A stretch of DNA of 31,403 bases, from positions 1-31,403 of the forward strand of contig JAEOTP010000090.1 in the NCBI GenBank assembly GCA_016839765.1. The letters are read 5' to 3'. Within the stretch, counting starts at the first letter, position 1, and each line of letters starts with the position of its first letter. The position numbers and the translations under genes were made by a program. Source of the DNA: Promethearchaeota archaeon (lineage in GTDB: Archaea; Asgardarchaeota; Lokiarchaeia; Sigyniarchaeales; SOKP01). Positions 8,542-17,323 of this stretch are shown here, one piece after another. The notes beneath the pieces were generated by a model. That model was not told the DNA's origin, did not search any database, and was given only the letters and a program-made list of their open reading frames with translations.

Positions 8542-9489
8542 TTATTTTGAATAATGCTCTTTCTCGGGATGTATTTCTTTTATAAATCTAAAATCGAAAA
8601 TATTTTTCATCTTAAATCTTCTTTTTATATACCCTAATTTAAAAAGAATTTTAACAAACTCCATTGTAGCATTTAAATATGCTTTTGAAATTCCAGCACA
8701 ATACTTTGGGGATATTTTTATCACAGCTTCAGCATAGTCTTTATTAAAAATTCTGAACGATGAAGCTATTTTTCTAGCTGCTAAGGATGGTGAATTCCGA
8801 AGTAAATTAGAAGCTTCTTTATGACGCTTTAAAAATTTAGATATTAATTCTTCATGATCTTCAATAAAATTGTCACGAATAAAAATACCATAACTAGGAT
8901 TATTTGCCCATAACTTTTCAGGAGGAATTATTAAATGAGATTTTAAGATGGTCGATGCAAATATTGCTAATGCCGGAGTTCCAACTCCAGCCGTTAACCT
9001 ATTTTCCTTTATATCAATAGCAATAAATTCTGCTTGTTTATAATGCCGTACTTTTACTTTTTCTAATAAATTGTATTTTTTTAAATAATGGTTTAATATA
9101 ACTTCATGAATGGACCCTCTACTAGGAACGCCAATAACTTTTCCTTTGAATTGCTTAAACACTTTAGTTAAATTATTATTTAATTGGCTTAAGCTCTTGG
9201 TTTCTTGTTTCGCAACCATAATTGTACCTTCAACATGGCCTCCTGCAACGCATTTAATAGGAACTCCTTTATCTATACCTATTATTGCCGGAGGTAAACC
9301 CATATATCCTATATCTAATACTTCGTTTTCAAATGCTTTAACCATTGCTGGGCCCGTTCCAAATAAAATCCAATTAAAACCTAAGTTAAGATCGTTTTTT
9401 AACTTTTCATCTGCCATCATGACAAAATTAGTATGGTAAGCTGTTGAAAGATGCCCAATATTTAATTGATTCTTTTTAATTAATATCAC
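8542..9489 (-). CDS. NitT/TauT/NMT1-THI5-like substrate-binding-fold protein, no signal peptide
   Basis: FGTGPAM, LDIGYMGLPPAI, GKVIGVPSRGSIH; no hydrophobic N-terminus; GTG start uncertain. Confidence 0.85.
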   Translation of the reverse strand: MILIKKNQLNIGHLSTAYHTNFVMMADEKLKNDLNLGFNWILFGTGPAMVKAFENEVLDIGYMGLPPAIIGIDKGVPIKCVAGGHVEGTIMVAKQETKSLSQLNNNLTKVFKQFKGKVIGVPSRGSIHEVILNHYLKKYNLLEKVKVRHYKQAEFIAIDIKENRLTAGVGTPALAIFASTILKSHLIIPPEKLWANNPSYGIFIRDNFIEDHEELISKFLKRHKEASNLLRNSPSLAARKIASSFRIFNKDYAEAVIKISPKYCAGISKAYLNATMEFVKILFKLGYIKRRFKMKNIFDFRFIKEIHPEKEHYSK

Positions 9490-9510
9490 TTATATATTTG
9501 AATAGAGATT

Positions 9511-9525
9511 TTGCAAAAAATGCAC
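9511..9525. promoter_or_regulatory. Putative Lrp-type operator upstream of the SBP-fold gene
   Basis: TTGCAAAAAATGCAC = TGYA-W5-TRCA. Confidence 0.55.
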
Positions 9526-9600
9526 TTAAACTTAAATTTCATAATCAAAATTATTATTTAGTCAAATTTATTTTATAAAAATGAATTTATTTAAAATTTA

Positions 9601-9615
9601 CTGCAATATTTACAC
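9601..9615. promoter_or_regulatory. Putative Lrp-type operator upstream of the moaD/SAMP gene
   Basis: CTGCAATATTTACAC = TGYA-W5-TRCA. Confidence 0.55.
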
Positions 9616-9617
9616 TA

Positions 9618-9914
9618 TTGATTAAAATGTTTGATGTAAAAATAGTATTTTTATCAACATTAGTAGATATTACAGGAAAATCTGAAATTTTAATCTCTGT
9701 AGAGGAGTATTACAACATCCAGCAATTAATAGAAATTCTAATTTCAAAATTCGGAATAAATTTTAAACAAATTATGTTTAATTCTAGTGGAAATTTGAAT
9801 AGGTATCTCATTATAAGTATAAATGGTAAAGATATACGCTCTATTGATAATTTAGGTACTATTATTCATCAAGGGGACGAGATCACTTTTCTTCCTGCTA
9901 TAGCCGGTGGATAA
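9618..9914 (+). CDS. MoaD/ThiS/SAMP ubiquitin-like sulfur carrier
   Basis: INGKDI...GDEITFLPAIAGG with free C-terminal GG; alternative start ATG 9627. Confidence 0.92.
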   Translation: MIKMFDVKIVFLSTLVDITGKSEILISVEEYYNIQQLIEILISKFGINFKQIMFNSSGNLNRYLIISINGKDIRSIDNLGTIIHQGDEITFLPAIAGG

Positions 9915-9920
9915 CATAAT

Positions 9921-10190
9921 TTAGATTTTTTTTAATCTTAATTCCCATTCTTCTGCTCCCTTTTTAGGATTTACTAGTCTTACATCTAATAATTCCGCTA
10001 AACTTTGCCGCTTACAATTTTCAGGTACATTTTTTACAGCAGAACGAAAATCTAATAAAACTTCTAAGATTTCTCCTGTTTTTAATTTTTCAAGTGCTAA
10101 TTTTGTATAGACAAAAGTCATTGGACACATCAGGCCTCTGATATCAAGATGTTTAACAGTTTTTGAATTTATACTATTATTTACTGACAG
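9921..10190 (-). CDS. TusA/SirA family sulfur carrier, probable CTG start
   Basis: Frame stays open upstream of ATG 10130 and gives HLDIRGLMCPM (LDxxGxxCP); GGGAGGAG lies 7 nt before CTG at 10190; in-frame TAA two codons upstream. Confidence 0.88.
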   Translation of the reverse strand: MSVNNSINSKTVKHLDIRGLMCPMTFVYTKLALEKLKTGEILEVLLDFRSAVKNVPENCKRQSLAELLDVRLVNPKKGAEEWELRLKKI

Positions 10191-10987
10191 ATATTACTCC
10201 TCCCATAATCTGATTTTTCAACTAAATCAATAGCATCTTTTTTACATGCTAAACAATCTGGATTTTTATATAAATCAATGAAATTAAAACTATACTTTAA
10301 AAGGTCTACATATAAAATCCTATTAATTATTAAATCTCCAATATCTAAAATATATTTAATTGCTTCATTTGCCTCAAGGCATCCCATAACCCCAGGAATT
10401 AAACCAATTACTCCTGCTTGAGAACAGGACATTCTTTCATCACCAATGGTAACATCACCAAAAACGCATCTATAGCAAGCAGTTTCTTTTTCAGGGATAA
10501 CTGTTATTATCTGACCATGGAACCGTAAGACTCCAGCAATAGTAAACGGTATTCCTAAATTTATACAAGTATCATTAGTCAACATTTTTGTGGGAATATT
10601 ATCAGAACCTTCTATCACAAAATTGGAGCCTTTCAAAAGTTCTTTTGAGTTAGATGATGTTATTCTTTCATTTATTATTTCTATATCACAATCAGGATTC
10701 AATAACTTTAATTTTTGAAAAGCACTATAAGTCTTCTTTCTATGAATATCATTTGTATAATGAAGTATCTGGCGATGTAAATTTGAAGATTCAACTCTAT
10801 CAAAATCAATAATTCTTAAATTACCAATACCTGCTGCTGTTAAATAATATGCTACCGGGGATCCCAAAGCACCTAAACCAATTAAGGTAATTTTCGAAGA
10901 TAATAACTTTTCTTGGCCAATTCCCCCAACTTCTTTTAATACAATTTGTCTTGAGTACCTTTCAATTTGTTCTTCAGATAATTCCAT
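10181..10987 (-). CDS. ThiF/MoeB/UbaA E1-like adenylyltransferase
   Basis: RYSRQI, GLGALGS, DFDRVESSNLHRQ, CYRC, SCSQAGV (catalytic Cys), CLAC; no rhodanese domain. Confidence 0.94.
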   Translation of the reverse strand: MELSEEQIERYSRQIVLKEVGGIGQEKLLSSKITLIGLGALGSPVAYYLTAAGIGNLRIIDFDRVESSNLHRQILHYTNDIHRKKTYSAFQKLKLLNPDCDIEIINERITSSNSKELLKGSNFVIEGSDNIPTKMLTNDTCINLGIPFTIAGVLRFHGQIITVIPEKETACYRCVFGDVTIGDERMSCSQAGVIGLIPGVMGCLEANEAIKYILDIGDLIINRILYVDLLKYSFNFIDLYKNPDCLACKKDAIDLVEKSDYGRSNICQ

Positions 10988-11047
10988 TATTTAAAATATG
11001 CAGTAAATTTCTTGATACAGAAATACTCTTAAACTATTTAAAAATAA

Positions 11048-11062
11048 GTGCAATAATTACAA
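11048..11062. promoter_or_regulatory. Putative Lrp-type operator upstream of the moeB-like gene
   Basis: GTGCAATAATTACAA = TGYA-W5-TRCA; a one-mismatch copy lies at 10989-11003. Confidence 0.55.
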
Positions 11063-11150
11063 TAAAAAATCTCAAATTTTTCTTTATACCCTAAATCTGA
11101 TTAAATTTTATTATCCTGCTTGATTTCTAGCTTTAATTTACTCTAATTTA

Positions 11151-11366
11151 TTAATAAGCTACTAAATATGTATGCTTTGTTAAATCAAATGGTTCAATAA
11201 TGATACCACTATGCTTTTCCTTATCAAAATTTAAAGGAATTTTTAAAACAAACTTTTCCTCTTTTAAATAGATATTTTCATAAAATTGATCTATTGATTT
11301 ATCATAATCAAGAAATTTATTCAGGTTTATTCTTTCTTTTTTATTAAGTATTGAATACATTATCAA
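11151..11366 (-). CDS. Small hypothetical protein
   Basis: 71-codon ORF in intergenic space with protein-like composition; no motif recognised. Confidence 0.45.
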   Translation of the reverse strand: MIMYSILNKKERINLNKFLDYDKSIDQFYENIYLKEEKFVLKIPLNFDKEKHSGIIIEPFDLTKHTYLVAY

Positions 11367-11623
11367 ATCCTTGATTAATTATTTGAAATAAAATTACATA
11401 TTTTTAGAGAAAATACCCTAAATAAATTAACGCATTATATTATATCAAGCAGTTGTAATTTTGTCTTATATGATAGAATGTATTAACTTTATAAATGTAA
11501 AAAAAAACTGTAAATATTTTTTAAATCGTAGACCCTAAATAATAAGTATGAAAGCTATAATCAGGATATTTGCTCCTATTGCTATACTGACGTCTTAGTT
11601 ATCTTGTAAATTAAATTTTTTCT

Positions 11624-12571
11624 CTAAAAAGGGAATCTTTTTATTTTATCAATAGTCTCTGAATCAAATTTAGAAAGAGCATAAGATGCCACAGGCACGA
11701 TGCACCCACAATTTTCACATAATAGTGGTGAATTACCCATTACGCAGAATTTCCGTTGACCATTAGGGTAATAACTTTTTACACCTCCCATTTTAAAAAT
11801 GCAATATGGTACAAACTCTTTTGTAATGTATAATTCAAGCATTTTCTTAGAAATTAAAATAAAATTACCATAATCGCTCATAACTTTTAGTATACTCCCA
11901 GCTACAGATTTCATTTTTTCTCCCTTTACTAATAAGGGATCATTTGGATATCCTGTATACATTAAAAAGAATATACCTGAGACGCCTACCTCATAGGCAA
12001 TTTTTACTACGCTTTCAACTTCTTTATAATTTAATGCTGTTATGGTGGTGGATATTAATACCCTTTTATCGTCTTCAATGTTTTCAATTACTTTATGAAA
12101 AATATTTGCGCCCCGAATAGAATTGTGCATTTCTTCTCCACCATCCAGACTTACCCAATAAACAGGTTGTTTATGATGCTTAAACCATGGTAATTTTAAA
12201 ATCCCATTTGAAGCAATCTGTACAGAGGGAAAAAGTTTTACAGCTTTATGTAATAAACCCATTCTAAGAGTAGGCTCTCCTCCAGTTAACGATGCACTTA
12301 TGATCCCCATATCACTATGATGTTGAAATACATTAAGCCATTGTTCATCTGTTAACTCTTTTCTACTTTTTGCTGAATTATTCCTCAATTCTTTAGCAGA
12401 AGCTATGAAATAACAATGTTTACATCTTAAATTGCACTGCCATGTTAAATCATAGTTTACACCTAAAGGAATTTTCCTTGCTCTGTATTTTAAAAAATAG
12501 AATCCCCCTAAGATTCCTTTTCTAATATTTTCTAAAGTCAGTAATTTAGGCTTGGAGTTCGAGCTTACCAC
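11624..12571 (-). CDS. Radical SAM protein with C-terminal Cys cluster
   Basis: CNLRCKHC, TGGEP, VSLDG; C-terminal C...CVMG...CENCGC. Confidence 0.92.
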   Translation of the reverse strand: MVSSNSKPKLLTLENIRKGILGGFYFLKYRARKIPLGVNYDLTWQCNLRCKHCYFIASAKELRNNSAKSRKELTDEQWLNVFQHHSDMGIISASLTGGEPTLRMGLLHKAVKLFPSVQIASNGILKLPWFKHHKQPVYWVSLDGGEEMHNSIRGANIFHKVIENIEDDKRVLISTTITALNYKEVESVVKIAYEVGVSGIFFLMYTGYPNDPLLVKGEKMKSVAGSILKVMSDYGNFILISKKMLELYITKEFVPYCIFKMGGVKSYYPNGQRKFCVMGNSPLLCENCGCIVPVASYALSKFDSETIDKIKRFPF

Positions 12572-12669
12572 CTATTTTATTATCAAACACTATTAACCAA
12601 AAATAATCCATTGTACTTTATTACTTTATTTCAAATAAAATTTAATAGAATTGTATTGTAGTTAAGACT

Positions 12670-12996
12670 ATGGATAATAAAGTTGAGGAGTATATCGAAA
12701 AACAAAAATCTCCCCAAAAAGAGATTTGCCAAAAATTAAGGGAAATTATATTAAATAAGTTCCCAAATATTAAAGAAGAAATGAAATATGGAGTTCCTTA
12801 TTATGGAAATAAATATTACATTGTTGCTCTAAAAACTCATGTCAATCTGGGTTTCTCAATTAAGGATTTAACAGAAAAAGAGATATCACTTTTAGAAGGG
12901 AGCGGTAAAACAGTGAGACATCTTAAAGTTAATTCTTTCGAAGATATTGATGAAGAAGAAATTTTAAAGTTATTAAAAATGGTAATGGATAAATAA
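12670..12996 (+). CDS. DUF1801/YdhG-like protein
   Basis: EEMKYGVPYY, HVNLGF, LEGSGKTVRHLKV. Confidence 0.87.
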   Translation: MDNKVEEYIEKQKSPQKEICQKLREIILNKFPNIKEEMKYGVPYYGNKYYIVALKTHVNLGFSIKDLTEKEISLLEGSGKTVRHLKVNSFEDIDEEEILKLLKMVMDK

Positions 12997-13025
12997 TCTA
13001 GATAAAATACTTTTTTTCTTAAAAT

Positions 13026-13841
13026 TTACATTTTGGAGACAAAATATCTGAATTTACCACTATCATCATTAATTTCCCATGCGTGAAAAAAATCAAAAGG
13101 AATTTTACTTTCCCAAAGATTTTCAATATTTTTTATTCCATCGTAAAGATCTGTTAAAAGTGTCTTATCACACGGATATTTTCTATGTGAAGGATAAAGC
13201 TCAATAATTTTTTGTTTTTCACATAATTTTATTAATTTAGAAAGAGTATCAAGAACTTGAGGAAAATCTTCTCTTTTAGGTAAAAATTGATCACCATAGT
13301 AGGCTACATCACTTGTAAAAAGTTCGCTATTGCTTGTAATTATACATATTGAACCAGGAGAATGTCCTGGACAATGAATAATCTCTGCTTCTAATCCTCC
13401 TAAATCAAAAGTATCTCCACCTTTTAAGGTGTCGATAGTTTTTGCTGGGGGAATTAAAAAATTTTGTTCTGCATAACAATTAACAATTTTATTTGGAGAA
13501 TCTTTGAAATATGAAACGTCATAATGTTTTGAAACAATATCAGCTTCATTTTCATGAATATAGATTTCTTCAAATTCAACATTTCCTAAAACATGATCCC
13601 AATGAGTATGAGTATTGATAACTAATAATTTTCTTTTCCCAATTAAATCATCCACAATTGGCTTTAGAGGATAAAGCCCACATCCCGTATCAAGTAAAAG
13701 GGCAGTGTGAGCTCCTAAAATTAAATACATATTGAGAGGATCGTTAGTATAAACAGGATGAACAATGGATATATTTTCTTGAATTACAAATAAGGAATCC
13801 TTATGTTTTGAAATTTTAAAATACTGTTTATTATTACTCAT
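13026..13841 (-). CDS. Metallo-beta-lactamase fold hydrolase
   Basis: LLDTG, THTHWDH, PGHSPG, FTSD, PSH. Confidence 0.92.
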   Translation of the reverse strand: MSNNKQYFKISKHKDSLFVIQENISIVHPVYTNDPLNMYLILGAHTALLLDTGCGLYPLKPIVDDLIGKRKLLVINTHTHWDHVLGNVEFEEIYIHENEADIVSKHYDVSYFKDSPNKIVNCYAEQNFLIPPAKTIDTLKGGDTFDLGGLEAEIIHCPGHSPGSICIITSNSELFTSDVAYYGDQFLPKREDFPQVLDTLSKLIKLCEKQKIIELYPSHRKYPCDKTLLTDLYDGIKNIENLWESKIPFDFFHAWEINDDSGKFRYFVSKM

Positions 13842-13961
13842 AGTTCAACTAATGTATAAAGCAGATTTAATTATAATTGTTTATTACAATATTTAATCGC
13901 TTAAAATAATTTAAATTGATAAGAAGATTTTGAGTAAAAAATAGATAAATTGCTGATGTTT

Positions 13962-15107
13962 ATGGATTTTTCGTTAACAAAAAAACAGAAAATGATTAGA
14001 GAAAAAACACGAGAATTTTGTGAGGTAAATATTATCCCAGTAGCCCAGGAATCAGACCAAAAACAGGAATTAGACCCTGCTGTTATGGAAAAAATGAAAA
14101 AAATGAACTATTTTGGATCATGTATACCTGAAGAATATGGGGGTGCTGGTTTGCATGATGATACAATAGCATTTTCAATAATCACTGAGGAGATTGGTAG
14201 AGTAGATGCTTCTTGGTCTATCACTACAGGAGTTCATTGTAGTGTTTGTGCATATCCTATATACAAATTTGGTACTGAGGAACAAAAAGAAAAATTCCTC
14301 ATCAACCTTGCTAAAGGAGATAAGATCGGTGCTTTCTGTTTAACGGAAGCAAATGCAGGTTCTGATGTAGGAGGAGTTCAAATGACAGCAGAAAAAGAGG
14401 GAGACGAATATTTATTGAATGGATCGAAAATTTTCGCTACAAATGGTGGAATTGCTGAAACCTTATTAGTAGTTGGGAAAACTGGTGAAAAAGGAAGTAG
14501 AAAAGAATTAACTGTTTTTATTGTAGATAGAGATACTCCAGGATACTCTGTTGGCGTAAGGGAAGATAAATTAGGATGTAGAGCATCAAATACTTCAGAA
14601 TTAGTCTTTGATAATGTAAGGGTTCCAGAAGAAAACATTTTAGGGCAATTAGGCGGAGGTTTTAGATTAGGGCTCCAGATTCTTGATTATGGTAGAATTT
14701 CAATTGCCGCACAATGTCTTGGATTGGCTCAGGGTTGCTTAGAAGCAGCAATTAAATATGCGAATGAACGAAAACAATTTGGACAAAAAATTGCACGATT
14801 TCAAGGAATTCAGTGGAAGATTGCTGATATTACAACAGCTGTAGAATCATCTCGATTACTAACTTATAAAGCAGCGTGGATGTGTGATCAAGGCATGGAT
14901 TACGGATTGACAGCCTCAATGGCAAAATTAGTTGCATCTGAAGCAGGAATGATGGCAGCACATCAAGCAGTTCAAATTCATGGGGGGTATGGCTTAATGA
15001 AAGCTTATCCAGTTGAACGGTTTTTTAGAGATGCTAAGATGGGAGAAATATATGAAGGTACAAGTGAAATTCAGAGAATGGTAATTGCAAACCATATGTT
15101 AAAATAA
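13962..15107 (+). CDS. Short/branched-chain acyl-CoA dehydrogenase (Bcd-like)
   Basis: FCLTEANAGSD, GSKIFATNG, GRISIAAQ, RKQFG, QIHGGYG, IYEGTSEIQR; start may be 13950 or 13956. Confidence 0.95.
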   Translation: MDFSLTKKQKMIREKTREFCEVNIIPVAQESDQKQELDPAVMEKMKKMNYFGSCIPEEYGGAGLHDDTIAFSIITEEIGRVDASWSITTGVHCSVCAYPIYKFGTEEQKEKFLINLAKGDKIGAFCLTEANAGSDVGGVQMTAEKEGDEYLLNGSKIFATNGGIAETLLVVGKTGEKGSRKELTVFIVDRDTPGYSVGVREDKLGCRASNTSELVFDNVRVPEENILGQLGGGFRLGLQILDYGRISIAAQCLGLAQGCLEAAIKYANERKQFGQKIARFQGIQWKIADITTAVESSRLLTYKAAWMCDQGMDYGLTASMAKLVASEAGMMAAHQAVQIHGGYGLMKAYPVERFFRDAKMGEIYEGTSEIQRMVIANHMLK

Positions 15108-15167
15108 AAGTATTAAATTTGAATTATTTTATTTTCTCAATTTTTTAATAGAATAAGAAATAGATTT

Positions 15168-15656
15168 TTATTCTTTAACATCTATATTTTTTATCAATTC
15201 TTCAAATTCTTCCTCGGCTAAAAATCCTTTAAGGGATAGTGTTTCTTTAATTTCTTTTAAAACATTGTTTAAGCTTAAAAATCTTAATTTGTTAATGTAG
15301 GAATCCAATTGGTTGAGTTTTGCCCTTAATTTTTTATTTTCCAAATTAAAATTAAAGTTTTCTTGCTCTTTAGATTCAACATTTTTTTTTATATCCTCAA
15401 CCTCTTTATCGATAAAAGCTAATTTTAATTTTGATTTTTCTAAGTTATTTTCCAATTTTGTTATTTTCTCTTTCACATATTCTAATTTAGCCTTTACTTC
15501 TCTAGATTTGATTTTATGTTCTTCTGAGCTACTAGTTAATTCACTAATCAATTTATTTTTTTGTTTGATTTCTATATCTTTTTTGGTTAATTCTTTCTCT
15601 AAATTGTTTAATATTTCGTCAATATCTTCAGATTTAATTGGCCAATTGATTGACAT
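15168..15656 (-). CDS. Coiled-coil protein with C-terminal SHOCT-like hairpin (paralog of 17324..17806)
   Basis: MSINWP, heptad K/E/L-rich core, EIKETLSLKGFLAEEEFE. Confidence 0.75.
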   Translation of the reverse strand: MSINWPIKSEDIDEILNNLEKELTKKDIEIKQKNKLISELTSSSEEHKIKSREVKAKLEYVKEKITKLENNLEKSKLKLAFIDKEVEDIKKNVESKEQENFNFNLENKKLRAKLNQLDSYINKLRFLSLNNVLKEIKETLSLKGFLAEEEFEELIKNIDVKE

Positions 15657-15753
15657 TTGAAGTCTGTATTAATATTTATTCATTATTTTTATTAAGAATT
15701 AGTATAAACAATCCTAAAAAAATTTAATCCTATGTAAATTAAGAATAAAAATT

Positions 15754-17121
15754 TCAAATTTTTCTCATTTTCATAACTTTCCTTTTGTTAAAAATGGAAT
15801 TAAGAAATAGATTTTGATTATTTGTATAAGTTAAAGGAATAACATCTGAAACAACTTCTTTTTTAAGTATTTGATACGTTTTCTCATCTGCATTTGAAAC
15901 AATTTTATGGATAGTAATGATTGGAATAGTAGGGGTTATTAAACAATAATAACAAAAACAACGTTTTTTAGTGATTTCTAAAATTTCCAATAATTTTTCT
16001 ACACTAGCATCACTATCAACTGTTAATTCAATTTGATAATTATCAATCATAGGAATATAATCTTCTATCCCAAAACCAGTTGTTAAGTCGATATATTGCT
16101 TTACCTTTATTTTCATGCTTTTTAGCTCAATTCCTTCAATTGCAGCCCATTTAGCAAATTCAGCGGAGAAGTTTCCAGCAAGACCTGCCATACAAAGATG
16201 AACAGGGTGAAACGAAGTTCCTCCGCCCCCTAGTATTGTTGTTTCATCTGTTTGGATAAGTATGTCTCCTGCCCTTTCAGTTGGTAAAGTTGTTTGATAT
16301 TGAGGACCATATTCCACGTCTAATCTCCATGTCCCTTCAACATCTAAAACTTTCTTACATAATGAACGATTTTGAGAATACTTTCCTTGAATGTCTCTAA
16401 ATCCTTTCACGTTTATCCGGTTTAGCATGTATTCATCAGACTCAGGGTTTCCACTTTCTAATTTTATAATTTTATCTTCAAGACCAGAATACTCCTTAGT
16501 TAAAAGTACAGTTGGAAAGACAGATATTGCGGCACAATAATAGCAAAAGCAACGTAGTTTGGTAAGTTCTGCTATTTCACGGAGTTTTTCCATATTAGTA
16601 TCACTTTCAATAAAGAAATCTAAATGATAACTATCTATCATAGGGATATAATCCTCAATTCCAAAACTACTTGTTAAATCAATATTTGCTTTTGCTCTTA
16701 TTTTTAAAGTTTTTAATTCAATTCCCTGCATTGCTGCCCATTTTGCGAAAGCTGCAGTAAAACAGCCCCCAAACCCTGCCATACATAGAGAAATTGGATG
16801 GACTGCAGTACCCCCTCCGCCTAACAACGTTGTTTCATCAGTTTGTACGAGTATTGCCCCTGCTTTTTCAGTTCGTAATTTTGTTTCAAATTGTGGTCCA
16901 TATTGAACATCTAATCGCCATATACCTTCAATTTCTAAATATTTTTTACATAGAGAACGATCATTTGTATACTCTCTCTGTATTGCTTTAAAACCTTCTA
17001 AATTTATCCTATTAAGAACGTTTTTCCTTTGACGAAATGCTTTACTCTCATAATAAAGCATTTTTTCTTCAAGTTTTCTCAATATTTCACTGAAGCCTTC
17101 TTTATCTGCCTGATTATCCAT
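15754..17121 (-). CDS. Tandem-duplicated OsmC/Ohr-like protein
   Basis: Two ~170-aa repeats with DETT(L/I)LGGGGT..HP, AAxxGIEL, RCFCYYC. Confidence 0.8.
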   Translation of the reverse strand: MDNQADKEGFSEILRKLEEKMLYYESKAFRQRKNVLNRINLEGFKAIQREYTNDRSLCKKYLEIEGIWRLDVQYGPQFETKLRTEKAGAILVQTDETTLLGGGGTAVHPISLCMAGFGGCFTAAFAKWAAMQGIELKTLKIRAKANIDLTSSFGIEDYIPMIDSYHLDFFIESDTNMEKLREIAELTKLRCFCYYCAAISVFPTVLLTKEYSGLEDKIIKLESGNPESDEYMLNRINVKGFRDIQGKYSQNRSLCKKVLDVEGTWRLDVEYGPQYQTTLPTERAGDILIQTDETTILGGGGTSFHPVHLCMAGLAGNFSAEFAKWAAIEGIELKSMKIKVKQYIDLTTGFGIEDYIPMIDNYQIELTVDSDASVEKLLEILEITKKRCFCYYCLITPTIPIITIHKIVSNADEKTYQILKKEVVSDVIPLTYTNNQNLFLNSIFNKRKVMKMRKI

Positions 17122-17323
17122 GTTCTATCGTTCTTTTCTACCTTATAATTATCGAATTTACTTCAATTATTAGTTTTTTTAATTATTGATAAAAATACTA
17201 TTTTTTATAATTAACGAGTTTATGATTTTTATACCTAAAAAATCTTAGAAGTTAGATTAAAACTTTTTTATTATTAGCTTTTAGTTATTAAAAATAGAGA
17301 TAATTAAGTAGAAATTTTTCCTT

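Noticed and set aside
11088-11540. CCCTAAA as a telomere-like repeat
   Set aside because: The copies are dispersed, not tandem
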